Assembly: GCA_965644295.1 (NCBI GenBank)
Contig: CBFFRP010000404.1
Span: forward strand, 9,307 to 73,306
DNA: 64,000 nt
From: Paraphysomonas bandaiensis
Taxonomy: Eukaryota > Protista > Chrysophyceae
Direction of reading: 5' to 3'
Shown: piece by piece, positions 25,026 to 36,400 of the stretch
Numbering within the stretch: position 1 is the first letter of the stretch
Layout: the number at the start of each line of letters is the position of its first letter
Notes under the pieces: generated by a model
Databases searched by the model: none
The model's input: the letters and a program-made list of their open reading frames with translations, nothing else
Told to the model about the DNA's origin: nothing
Position numbers and translations under genes: made by a program

Positions 25026-27060
25026 TCATGAACTTGGCCCAGTACCGTCATTGGATGCCTTCCCATTACCCTCTCCGTTTTCCTCAGCAGGCGCTGCCGT
25101 CACCTCACCAAGCCCAGCAGCCACTGGAACTTCACCGCCCCCATCCATTGGAGAGCAGAATCCCCCACCAGTCGGGTCCATTACTTCTCCAACCCCACTA
25201 TCGTAGCCACCACCAGGCATTCCCGTTGGGAACATAGGAAAGGCAGGTTGTGGGGCATAATACGGGGCTTGCTGTTTCGCAAAGTAATTAGGCGGCTGCA
25301 TGTAGTGTTCATATTGTGCCATGTATTGTGGCGGCATATATGGTTGCCCTCCATATGGAGCCTGCATTCCATAACCACCACCCATTTGAACATACGTAGG
25401 ATCGAAGTGCGGTCCCTGAAAGCCAGCGCCACCCATATTACCTCGGTGTTGCATGTATCCATGGTTATGATTATTGTATCTCCTGCCACCACGATTCCCC
25501 TTGTTCCCTCCATGGTAACCAGAGTGTCCAGAATGACCATGAGATGCAACGTTTCCAGAGGACTGGGTGGGTGATTTTACCCCAGGCGTTTGCTTGGGTG
25601 TCGAGGAAGAAGCAGCAGTAGATGGTACGAACTCTACCGCAGTGGCTCGTAAAGTCGAAGCAGGCTTTGGAACTGGTTTTTCTTCCTTCTTATCCTCAAC
25701 CTTCTGCTCTTCAATTGAAGCAGCTGTTGTCGACTTCTCTAAAGGCTCAACTGTTTCATTTACTTTTTCTGGAACAGCGGTTTCAGATGATACTTTGGGT
25801 TCCTCTTTTACACTAATTGGTGGAGTACCATCTGCAGAGTGTTCAAGACCTGGGGGGAGAAGAGGATCGCTTTCCCGCTTCGCCTGCTGCTGAGGAGGCA
25901 CCACAGCTGTTTCCTTCCTTCCAGCCCTTCCCCATGCACCTCCGCTAGAAGCCGTTGGTGTAGTTGACCCCGACTTTGGTGAAGCGCCTTCCATAGACAC
26001 CTGTCGCCAAGAGCCACCTGGAGAAGACTTTCCGAAATCTCCTCTTCCCCTTCCCTTGCCGGCGGACGCGGAAGGTGATCGTCCGGTCGCCGGTGCATTC
26101 GTACGAGATACCTGTTGACCCTGTTGCTGACGCAGTACCCCACTGTACCGGTCCTCTTCGTCAGCAGTATCATCCACGATCTGTCCACGCTCCTCAGCTA
26201 AGTGGGGGTTACTAGTCACTCCACGCTCGATCTGATAAGCCATACGGTCCGCCCTCGCCTGTTGTTCCTTTGTCAACTGAGATTTATCCAGTTTCTTTGT
26301 GTACAGATTTTCGTCGAAGGTATCCTGCACATCATACAAGCGTTTGTTGGCTTCGAACTGGTCCCAGCTTCCTAAACCCCACTTTCCGTCAATCTCATTG
26401 TCAAGAGTGGTGGAGGTTTCAGGGGCGAGCCAAGAATTGTCGATGGACTGGAGATCGCGTCCCTCCAAGTCAGCAATATTGGTGCGTCGACTAAGCATGC
26501 TATCCGTTTCTAGGTCTTTGGCACCTTCATTCACAGCCAACTTGTCTTTGCTAACCGTCAGATATTGGAGGTCATTAAATGAAATCAGCACGGTAGACCC
26601 AATAGCCACATTATCATCCTGTATCACGCGCCCAGATTGGTCCTACAAAAATACCTCATCTCTGATTGCACCCACAATAAAACACACACCAATTTTCTGG
26701 CAGCCTTCAGAGCAATTTCATGTTTCTTCCCCTCAAACGGAGTTGCTGTATATAAAACGCCCTTGTAGACTCTGTTATCAACCAGTCGAGCCTCCACCTC
26801 AAGCCCCTATAGCAACACACTCTATCAGATAGATCCATACAGCTCTATCCCACTACCGTTACGCTTTGAAGGAATGCCAAAAATGCGCTTCGATGATTGT
26901 CTCTATTCCGACTGGAAAGATCTGTAAACATCCATAAGGAGGTGTGTATATACAGGCGTATATATATATTCATACCTTTCACAAAAGCTTTTAATACACT
27001 CTCCTGAGGAACATCTTTGGGACGGCCGGGCCCGTTATTGCGCCTTCGGCTAGAGTTCAT
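25026..27060 (-). CDS. ATXN2: Ataxin-2 / Pbp1 homolog; 4 exons
   Basis: Spliced Sm-ATX domain (GLEVEARLVDNRVYKGVLYT), LsmAD WDQFEANKRLYDVQDTFDENLYTKKLD...HLAEERGQ...DEEDRYSGV, PAM2 motif LRATAVEFVP. Confidence 0.9.
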
Positions 27061-28195
27061 CCCCAACTCCAAGCTCAGCAAATCCTGTGTATAATAAGAT
27101 TCACGAGCTGAACATTAATACTGTCCTGCAAGTAAACTCTTTTCTACCCACACTAATATACATACATACACATATATACATACAGCACACCCCATACATT
27201 ACTATACACACATACTTCAAAGAATACGCCGTACCAAACCCATACACATTCCACCTCTACATTTCTTTGTTTTTCAGTTTGTCCATTTAAGATATTTTCC
27301 TTCCTCATTTTAGTGGGGGCCGGTTTGTCCCATTAATACCCATTGCAGCACACATGCATCAACAGGAGATGTGATATGGATCCGCTGTCAGTCGTACCAT
27401 TACCTAGAAAATAGAATAGCTGATGCAATATAATAGCTACAACTGCTGAAGGTATTGCAATTATGGACACTTAGTCCTTTTTGTGGAGTGTGGCACTACG
27501 GAATAGATTAATATAAGCACCAGTCCCTTACATGATACACCTCATGTTGCACTCAGATAAGATGGACAACGCAACGAAACAAATTGAGCCTAAAATACTA
27601 GACGTATAAGATGTGAATTGAAGTACTAGTATATAAATGAATATACTTCGTTGCATATATATATGTATACGAGTTCTTGGTGTGGTTGTGGTCTATACTG
27701 GTCGAAATAGAGTGTGTTCACTGTAAAACGCTATATCATTATTTTCGTCTATCTATTAGTTATATATTATTTTCTGTATACAGTATATTTCGTTTTTCTT
27801 GTACCATATTTCATTCAAGGGAACAGAACTGTTCTCTATACCAAAAAGTTGCAATGGAAAAGAAGGCACATAGAGCCCTCTATAATAAATCTGGCTTCTA
27901 CTGTTTGCTTTATTCAGTAGTAGGATATATAAGACCTTATAAGATATTGGTTGATATGATTTGGTTCTACTTCTAGTAACGGATCATTATTAAACACTAA
28001 TCTTCTCTACTAATTCATGAAAACGGGAATTAGTAATCAAAACTAATGACTCAATATTAGTGACTACAAAACTAATTAGTTAATACAATTAACACAACTA
28101 TAGGGTAGAAACACAGAAAAGTAAAAGCCGACTACTGTAGAAATATACATTCTTCAGAAGTCGCTCCAATATTATTGATATGTATACAGCATGCA

Positions 28196-30739
28196 TCAAG
28201 TCGATCTATATATATCGTCCATAGTGGGACCATAGTCATTGGATCTTTGATGTACTACGTAAGTCTCACGCTGACTATCCTTCTTACTAAACATGTTCGA
28301 ACATAAGTACAGTACACAAGCTAGCGCAAAAGCGGCCACAATAGATATGACAACAGCCAGAGTCACTTCCGAGGAGAGACTACTGCTTTCCCCGCCTCTG
28401 GTTTCATAAGCGACACGACCGACTTCACCGGATAGAACGAGAGCAAAGGGTTGAGTTGTCACTAACAAGTGTGCGCTGACTTTGACCGTATACTCCGCGT
28501 TTCTAACTGGATGAGAGATGTCGACTACCTCAACAGTGTTGAGTCTGTCGTATTTTCCTTCAGAGTCAGTTGTCACTAATGGATAGAATGAGTGTGTAGA
28601 ATTGTAAATCTCCAAGTCTAAATCATTTATTAGCACTTTCGAGGCCCCAATGGTTCCATACATGTCCTGTCGAGTAAAAATCAGAGGTGGGTACAAATGC
28701 TCAAGTTTGCAAGAATATACCGTATACACCAACGTTGCGCGTATGGGTTGGAGGTTCTCCGTATCTGCTGTTGTGAAGACTATTTCCTGGTATTCAGAGG
28801 TATATGTGAGCTCGGCATAATGTGCACTGTTACTATTGGATGCGCCCAGCACGAATAAAGTAAGGCCCTGAAGCGACGAATTTACACCAAAGGAGAGAAC
28901 AGTATCCAGCTGTGCCCGCCCATATCCTTGATTAAAATCTCCCCTCTCCGTTGACTCAGTAGTCTTATCATCGTTTACAATGAGTTCCAAAGGAACAGCA
29001 CTATGCACGAGCATTGCTTTGAGCAAAGCACCCGAGGGTGAAAAGCCGTCCTCCAGAGAGGCCTGCCCTGTGGGATAATACCCTGACATAAAGTACTCTC
29101 GCACAAGTGCAGCGTGCCCTGCAAGCAGTGGACAGGAGTAAGAGGTACCCCGACCAACAACTAAGTCGCAGGTCGACTCTCCGGTGTATGGATATTGTTC
29201 GGCTGCGTTCGATATATAATACCCTAAGACAAAAAGTCAAGAACATTGTATAGCCATATAACTCACTAACCCACGCCACACACATCAGGTTTTAATCTCC
29301 CATCGGACGTCGGTCCTTTAGATGAAAATCCTGCCAAGGATTTCTGGTTAAAATTACGTCCAGACAGGTCATAAGCATTCCAGCTTCGACCAGCGTTGAG
29401 ACTCGCTCCAGCTGTAAGTCCGCTCTTACATGTGCCTGGCGACCCGACTGTATAGCTTCCATCCTCCCCGGAGTTCCCTCCAGCAACAAAAACAATGGCA
29501 TCTGAGTGGTCCCACATAAATACATCCAGATTTCGTGCATCAGTTGTGTACGTGCTGGACGAAGAACCCCAGGACATACTTTGCACTCGTGCCCCAACAT
29601 TATAGAGGGGCGAGAAAAGATCTGTGTCAACGTTGGGGGGTATAACCAGTGCCCCATTAGAGTACCCTGAATAAATCATAAGCAAAATAACTACATGACA
29701 TCACAACCCAACCTATATCGAAGAAAGCTATTTTGCCATTGAAAGCAGCACCATTATAGGCCTCGTATCCGTCAGACCGTGAGCATTTCCCCGCTGCTAC
29801 GCCCGACACAGTTGTCCCGTGCGATGCTCCATCCTCGTTGTCCACGTAGGTATCATAATAAACTACTTTTCGGTGGTTGTAATTTACAGTATCATATGGA
29901 AAAGGTGTATTTGGGTCGAAGAAAAAGCAGGAGTATGGGTCAATACCAGTGTCAGCGATTCCTATTATCTCTCCTGTTCCGGTTAGATTAGCCGCATGAA
30001 TGGTACTATAACTACCAAGTCCCGATTGTAGGACGCTATTCGCCCACTTGCTATGCACCGTCATGGCTGGCCTATGCTCCACCCACTGCACCTCCGAGAG
30101 AGACGAGAAAAAGTTCACTGCATCCCACAGTCGAATACACTCCACAGATACAGCAATCATGCTCTGTTTTTCGCTTTCGTTATTCGAGTGGAAAACCTTA
30201 AAATCGTGCGATTGCAGGTTATTCGTAAGCCATGAATTTATCTTCTTCTTTACAAACTCCAACTCCTCAAAAGAAATGGCAAAAAATGAAACATGTAAAG
30301 TTATTTCCGCTTCCCTTTCACATATATTTGTATCGTGAAGTGCCTTATCAACTTTGAGCTGAGGTAAAACGGGTGAATAATCTACAACTGTCTCTGTAAA
30401 ATGTCGAGCTAGTGTCTCCATTGTATCCTTATCAGCATAGAGTACAGCATGATTAGTATTAACAATCCCATAATGACTCATATCTCTATGACGAATGAAT
30501 GTCATCACTTCATCGTGACAGCTCTTCTCACACCCACTCGTATACTTCAATACATATGGATGCTTGTATTCACGTGATATAGATGCAGTGTAGCTTCTGA
30601 GTGTGTCGTCTAATTCAGAGTCGGATGTGAATATCTTCTCAGCTCGACAGTTAAACAACTCTTCCCAGTTAGATATAGAGCGCAGAGCATTACCTGTCAG
30701 CAACACTGATGCAAACACAGTCAGCAGCAGACTCGGCAT
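28196..30739 (-). CDS. Subtilisin-like S8 serine protease (KP-43/TagC-like) with signal peptide and C-terminal TM; multi-exon
   Basis: Triad ADTGID, HGTTVSG, GTSYSCP; FSSKGPTSDGRLKPDV; PSGALLKAMLVHSA; QGYGR; LINDLDL; C-terminal hydrophobic helix. Confidence 0.92.
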
Positions 30740-31134
30740 AGCTGATACACTCTACGATGGATCTCTCAGGAATAGTCCTGTGCTGCTGAACATATAAGCA
30801 AGCTCGTAACCCGCCCAACCAGCCCAGTGCGTGTACAACAGATTCATATGGACGTATACCGCATGTACAGCAGTATCAAGTACGTACGTTTATATGTATG
30901 GTAGGTATATGCAGCAGGACGACTATGTACTTGGTATGTACAGGAGTACCTATAATGAGGTAGGTACGTACGTAGGTACGTAGGTAGGTACATATGTATA
31001 CAGTGGGAGGCAGGTATGTACTGCTGTATGTATGTTGGTAGAGGAAGGAGGCATGGAGGCAGCCAGGTGGGTATGATTCTGCCTGGACATGTTTGTTCAT
31101 ACGTGGTAGTTAGTGTCATTCTAGAGGCAGCGAT

Positions 31135-32112
31135 ATGAACCACACCAAGAATATCGTAATCACCGGTGCATGTCGTGGTATCGGCAAAAGTCTTGCCCAT
31201 ATACTCGCCAATAGCGGCTATAGCTTAACTCTGGGTGTATTGGATGTGGAGAGAGGCAGAGCAGTGGCGGACACTATCAAACAGAGTTGTCAGCACGATA
31301 ACGTCACCATATCCGTCGATCACATTGATTTAACTAATTTCAATAGCATTCGTATGTTTGCTAGTCACATAGACGCCTGTAGTGTGCTCATCAATAATGC
31401 CGGTGTGATGAACGGCAGTCTGCATAAGAGTAACGGCATTGAGAGCACTATGATCACTAACCACTTCGGACCCTTCTTACTCACACGACTGCTCCTGCCC
31501 ACACTATTACAAACCTCAATGGATAGTAAAGAGGTGTCCAGGATCGTTAATGTAGCCTCTGCTAATGAACAAAAGGCAATGGCTTTTCCTGGGGCTGATC
31601 CTACTGGCAATTCCGCAATAAGAGGTGAATTACCTGATTCGGTTTCGTTTCAGAAAGGGGCAACTGATAAACACACATTTTATGGTTTATTATCGGGTAC
31701 GTCGTGGATGACTGAAGGCCCGCAGCCGTACTTCATGCACACGGCGTATGCGAACTCTAGTCTTTGTATCTTATTGTCGACCTTTGAGCTGTCGAGGCGT
31801 TTGTCTCGGCTCCCTCCCTCTCGAGGTAAGGTAACAGTTAATGCTGTGTGCCCTGGATATGTGAATACTGAATTGTGGAAAGACTCCCGGGTATGGAATT
31901 ACCTCAGATGGGTGCTACTAAAATCTCCTGATCAGGCGGGTGCAATGATAGCTGAATTTGCCACCTCGATGCAGTATACCGATACTACAGGTCAGTTTTT
32001 TAGCAGTATTGCAGATACGAAGCCTTCTCGAATGGCAGATTCAGAGGAGTTAGCTAAGTTAGTTTGGAAACATAGCAGCGAAATTGTCGAAGTACCAGAG
32101 AACTTGGTGTAG
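31135..32112 (+). CDS. Short-chain dehydrogenase/reductase, retinol-dehydrogenase/WWOX-like, atypical active site
   Basis: TGACRGIG, LINNAGVM, TNHFGPFLLTRLLLP, RIVNVAS, NAVCPGYVNTEL; YANSS in place of YxxxK. Confidence 0.9.
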   Translation: MNHTKNIVITGACRGIGKSLAHILANSGYSLTLGVLDVERGRAVADTIKQSCQHDNVTISVDHIDLTNFNSIRMFASHIDACSVLINNAGVMNGSLHKSNGIESTMITNHFGPFLLTRLLLPTLLQTSMDSKEVSRIVNVASANEQKAMAFPGADPTGNSAIRGELPDSVSFQKGATDKHTFYGLLSGTSWMTEGPQPYFMHTAYANSSLCILLSTFELSRRLSRLPPSRGKVTVNAVCPGYVNTELWKDSRVWNYLRWVLLKSPDQAGAMIAEFATSMQYTDTTGQFFSSIADTKPSRMADSEELAKLVWKHSSEIVEVPENLV

Positions 32113-32591
32113 TTGTCTTCTGTGCTTTCCACTGCTATAATAAGTAGGGTAACTATGTTCATATTGTTTCAAGTGAGTGTATACATCTTATGTTTTATAC
32201 TGCATAAAGCATCATTGTGATGGGCTTCTTTTGATACACTATTTCGCTTGCATGTTATGCCAGTTGTTGACAACGGTGTAATGGAGGAATACATACTCGT
32301 TGACATCACGTAGCACATGAGTTCATATTTAATATGAAGTATAGAAAAAAGATAGCTTATTGAGCTATATACAGAGAAGATAGTACTCTGAGCTACGAGA
32401 CAACAAGTCTAGACTTAGCGATGGGAAAATAGGAACACAGATATAGAGTTCTAGATGTAGCAGACTTCAAGAGTAATAAGTTACGATTGAGTGTTGAGAT
32501 TTATTGGAAAGCTTTTTCTTTTCACTATCACCTGTACATATGGAAAAGGAGTATAAGACAATCAATATCTCTTATGATGATGCTGAAACAC

Positions 32592-32794
32592 CAGAGCTGT
32601 GTATGAAATAATTGTCAATTACTTGACGCAGGTTGTAGTCAATTATAATTGCAATTTTTACTTGCTGTCTCAATTTCAATTATTTCAATTAATTGAAGCG
32701 GGCTGGAGTCAATTATAATTGCACTTATAATTTGATATCCCAATTTCAATCATTGCAATTTCAACAATTGGCAATTAATTGTTACGCAGCCCTG
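32592..32794. mobile_element. 203-bp hAT MITE with 8-bp target-site duplication
   Basis: TIRs CAGAGCTGTGTATGAAATAATTG / CAATTAATTGTTACGCAGCCCTG; flanks TGAAACAC (32584-32591) and TCAAACAC (32795-32802). Confidence 0.85.
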
Positions 32795-32983
32795 TCAAAC
32801 ACCTGTAGTCGGGTCAGAAGTAAGTCGTGTGTACAAAAGGGATAAGCTAAGCTACAGAATATAGAATAAACTAATTATGTTGCCTGTATACACTGTATAC
32901 GTTACAGTAGCAATGTGGTGATGTTATTCCAGAAATTCCAAAATCATATATTTGTTTAGTTCGCATAAATGCAAAACTCCTAG

Positions 32984-33085
32984 TGTGAAATTCTTATTAT
33001 TAGCAATAGGCGTCAAGGATCTGCGCCAGATAAGTAGCTAGAAGGCTAGAAGGGAGAAGATCTCTATGGACGTGAGACCTTGGAG
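32984..33085 (-). mobile_element. Short, internally deleted copy of the retroposon-like family
   Basis: Reverse strand reads ACGTCCATAGAGATCTTCTCCCT...TTGACGCCTATTGCTAATAATAAGAATTTCACA, matching 6000-6227. Confidence 0.75.
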
Positions 33086-33489
33086 TGCAGCTGGGCTTCA
33101 CCACTGTATTTTCTATCATATCAGTAGTAAAAATAAATACTGTATTCTCCAAGGAAAACCTTAGAAACGCAACTTTTAATAGCTTACAATGAGAAAAAGT
33201 CAACAATCATGAAGAATGCCACACATGTTGAATATTAGTCTGATGAAGTGCATGTGCACGAGCTTATCCGAAACTGACATAAATAGGATGGTTTGAAAGT
33301 TTTTTGCTATTTCAATGACAAGTATGTTTCTTTCAACGACAGCAGACCTTGTTTGCGAATATATATTAAGCCAAAAGCCGCAAATTGCTTACAAAACGAA
33401 AGTGTTATATTATTATGATACCAGATACTGCGCGTTTGAAAACTATATATCATATTTTATCATGTTCCTATATTCGAACCATTGTGAAA

Positions 33490-36400
33490 TTATTGACCTC
33501 CAGCAAGAAGCAAAGCAACACCCCGCTTCGTCCAAAACTCAGATGAAAATCTACCACATCTCAGCTCCACAGTGGCAACAAAGGAAGGTCGTTCTCTTGT
33601 ACCCGTTCGAACGGGGTACATATACAACGGACAGCTATAAAAGCCTTTGGCAGCTTTCCGTTTGCCCTCTACAGGCTTGAAGTGAATGATTGCCATTGGT
33701 GATAGCAACTCCATTGGCTTTGGCTCTTCCAAGAATCCACTCGAAAACTGCCAACAAGCTCCTTCAACAAAGAGTCCACTAATGTATACACCTTCCTTTG
33801 GTGGAGCTGTTATTTGATTCACATCATTGTGGGACAGGACAGGAAACTCCCAACTGAGAGCGTCAATAGCTACCCCATTAGCCCGAGCTGATGTCTGCAA
33901 TATAGCAGTGAGAAAACCAGTAGGGTAAGTAAATCCTGGTAACCAAAACTGTTTCGGTAACTCATTTTCTGACCATTCACGGAAGAGATCGCAACGTTGA
34001 TTCAGATCTCTCATCCAAGAACCAAGGGGCTTAACACTAGGATACGTTTTGCTCCACGGGCGAGGGACACGGAGAGTGGACAATGCATCCATTACTTCTT
34101 CAAGTTCAGGTGTGACAGCAATGAGGCCTTCAATTGCTTTTCCTATTCCTTTTAGTGTTGAATGAAGCTTACCCAGGAGGAGGTTATATCTGTCTAATTC
34201 CTGAAACAACACAGTCTTAAGAGGTTCTGGATCAGAGCGATTTTCCATCTTCTGTTTAATTTTCCGAGTATCAAACAAATCAGGTGTTTGTGCTAATAAA
34301 TCGATACACTGCTTAGCCAAAGGGTCTTCCGCATTGTCATCCGTCGTCGAAACTGCAGCAGGCTGTAATGACACCAGCACTTCTATCAATGCATTTGCAT
34401 CATCAATTTGAGAAGAAATATCAGCATTGGGGTGCTGTCCAAAGGCAGCAGGATGATCATTGGCCGGCATGCTGCGAATGAAATCTTTATAGTGCTGTAG
34501 CTCACCATCAGAAGGAATGTAATAATGCGGTAATTCGGAAAGTAAAAAGTTGTCAGTGTTAATAGCTGCATCACAGAAAAACTCTCCTATGTAAACATTG
34601 ACAAGGCGCCTGTCCCAATCATCTGTTACACGTCCACCATAGTTCGCTTCTGCAATAAGGTACTTCATAGCGTCAAATGGAACCTTGTTGGGATACTCAT
34701 CCAGAAAAACAATGATGAGATCGTGGCAAATAGCAAAGTCAGACTCATTAAAGTCATAGGGAATATTAAATCCCAGCGATTTAAACTTACGTCGCTCCAG
34801 CAATATTGCATGGAACCATACCAGTGCAAACAAAAGTCTTCTGTATGCCGATTTCTGGTTGCATCGATGGAACTGTTCTTCTCCTATCGTGTTGAAAAGT
34901 GTTTGTAAGTTCGCTCTGAGCCCACGAGGAGGTTCAGTTGTCATTTTAATTCCTCGCTGCAGAACTGTTATAGGGAATTTCGGGTCTGGACTAGACGACA
35001 ACCACAACCTGAAATTAGGATGAGGATTTCCTTCGATGTAAGACTCGATCATTTTTTCAAGTGTTGGCATCCATGAGAGCATAAGATGACAATTAGCTAA
35101 GAACACCCAACTACCATTGACCAAGCCATCATTTACCATTCTAACTGCTGTTGGCGCCTGACCTTGACCAAGTGCGCAGTTATCGACATGCATACCCAAC
35201 TGGGCAGCCAACTGGAATATACCCGCGGTTGGATCCACACCAGGTGAAAGCACAAATATTAAAGGAGTTTTGGAATTGCTGGTTTCGTACACAGCCTTCA
35301 AATCAAAGTTCGGTGGATCTACATACTCTGCACCAATATTATTCGATATAAATTTGGCAGCAGCAAATTGGACCCGATCAATTCTCAGAGCACGAAGCAA
35401 ACACAGCTTTTGCATTTCCGACGCTTTATTTGACCAGTCTCCAGGGAGCGGCTCGTCTTCAGGTTTCCCAGACAAGTACCACGCCTTCCAATCACGTTGC
35501 ATTTGTTCAAACGAAGATGCGATACCCTGAAACCCAGGTAGTTTCTCCAGTTCTGTCACACTATCCCAAACATCAGCAGGAAGCCACTCTTGCCCGGGAT
35601 TGTTTCGCTGAGCTGATCTGTCCACTAGTCCAGCCCCATAAGCAAAAAATGTAAATTCGTCTTTTGGAATTGTTCCAGAGGCCTCCATAATCTTAAAACA
35701 CAACTGTAGTGAGAAAAGCAACTTATGAGATTCGAACAGTCCGCGGCAAGTGTATTTGTAGACAGCAAGCGTATGTGCTGTGTTGATGTCATCACAACGT
35801 TTGGCAACAGGCATGTCAAAATTATCAGTTCGACTATTTTCGATCGACATTATAAATAGCGTCACATAAGCATCAAGGGAAAACTGATACATAGGATCCA
35901 CACGCCCCATGTCGTCGAGAACGAAGTAGGCCAGTGAAGCACGAATTGCTGCAGATCGGTATCCCATACGAGCTGCATCAATTTTCTTCTCCGTTTCTTC
36001 GGCCACTACCAGCTGCTTAGTGACATCCTCTGCAGTAATTTTGGATTGTTGGAGTGTGTTTACTAAGCCCTCATCGTCTAACAAGGAGCCTGTTGACTCA
36101 CTCAATAAACGAAGAATCTCATCTTCCAAATCCGTGAGCTGACGTTTACCTGATGCAACCAATATAGTGAGTTCACTCTTCTGCTTTTCCAAATCTGGCT
36201 CCTCTTTCTGAACTACAATTCCAAGAAGTTGCGCCTCCAGACCAGTTTTTTTAACAGCAAAGTTGACAACAGTAGCTTTCGTTGAAATTTCTGGTGTATA
36301 ATGAGGATTCGCAAGTTTCGTTGTAATATACAACTTAAAATCAGGAGAGTAGTCTAGCTCTTTATCTCCGATACGCATGATTTCCCTGTTCCCAACCTTC

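Noticed and set aside
32368-32385. ATACAGAGAAGAT resembling the U6 snRNA ACAGAGA box
   Set aside because: Only ~13 nt match; flanks do not resemble U6
33238-33280. CTGATGA...CGAAAC hammerhead-like or C/D-box-like segment
   Set aside because: Stem II is not closed by a pair, no convincing stems I/III, and too short for a snoRNA
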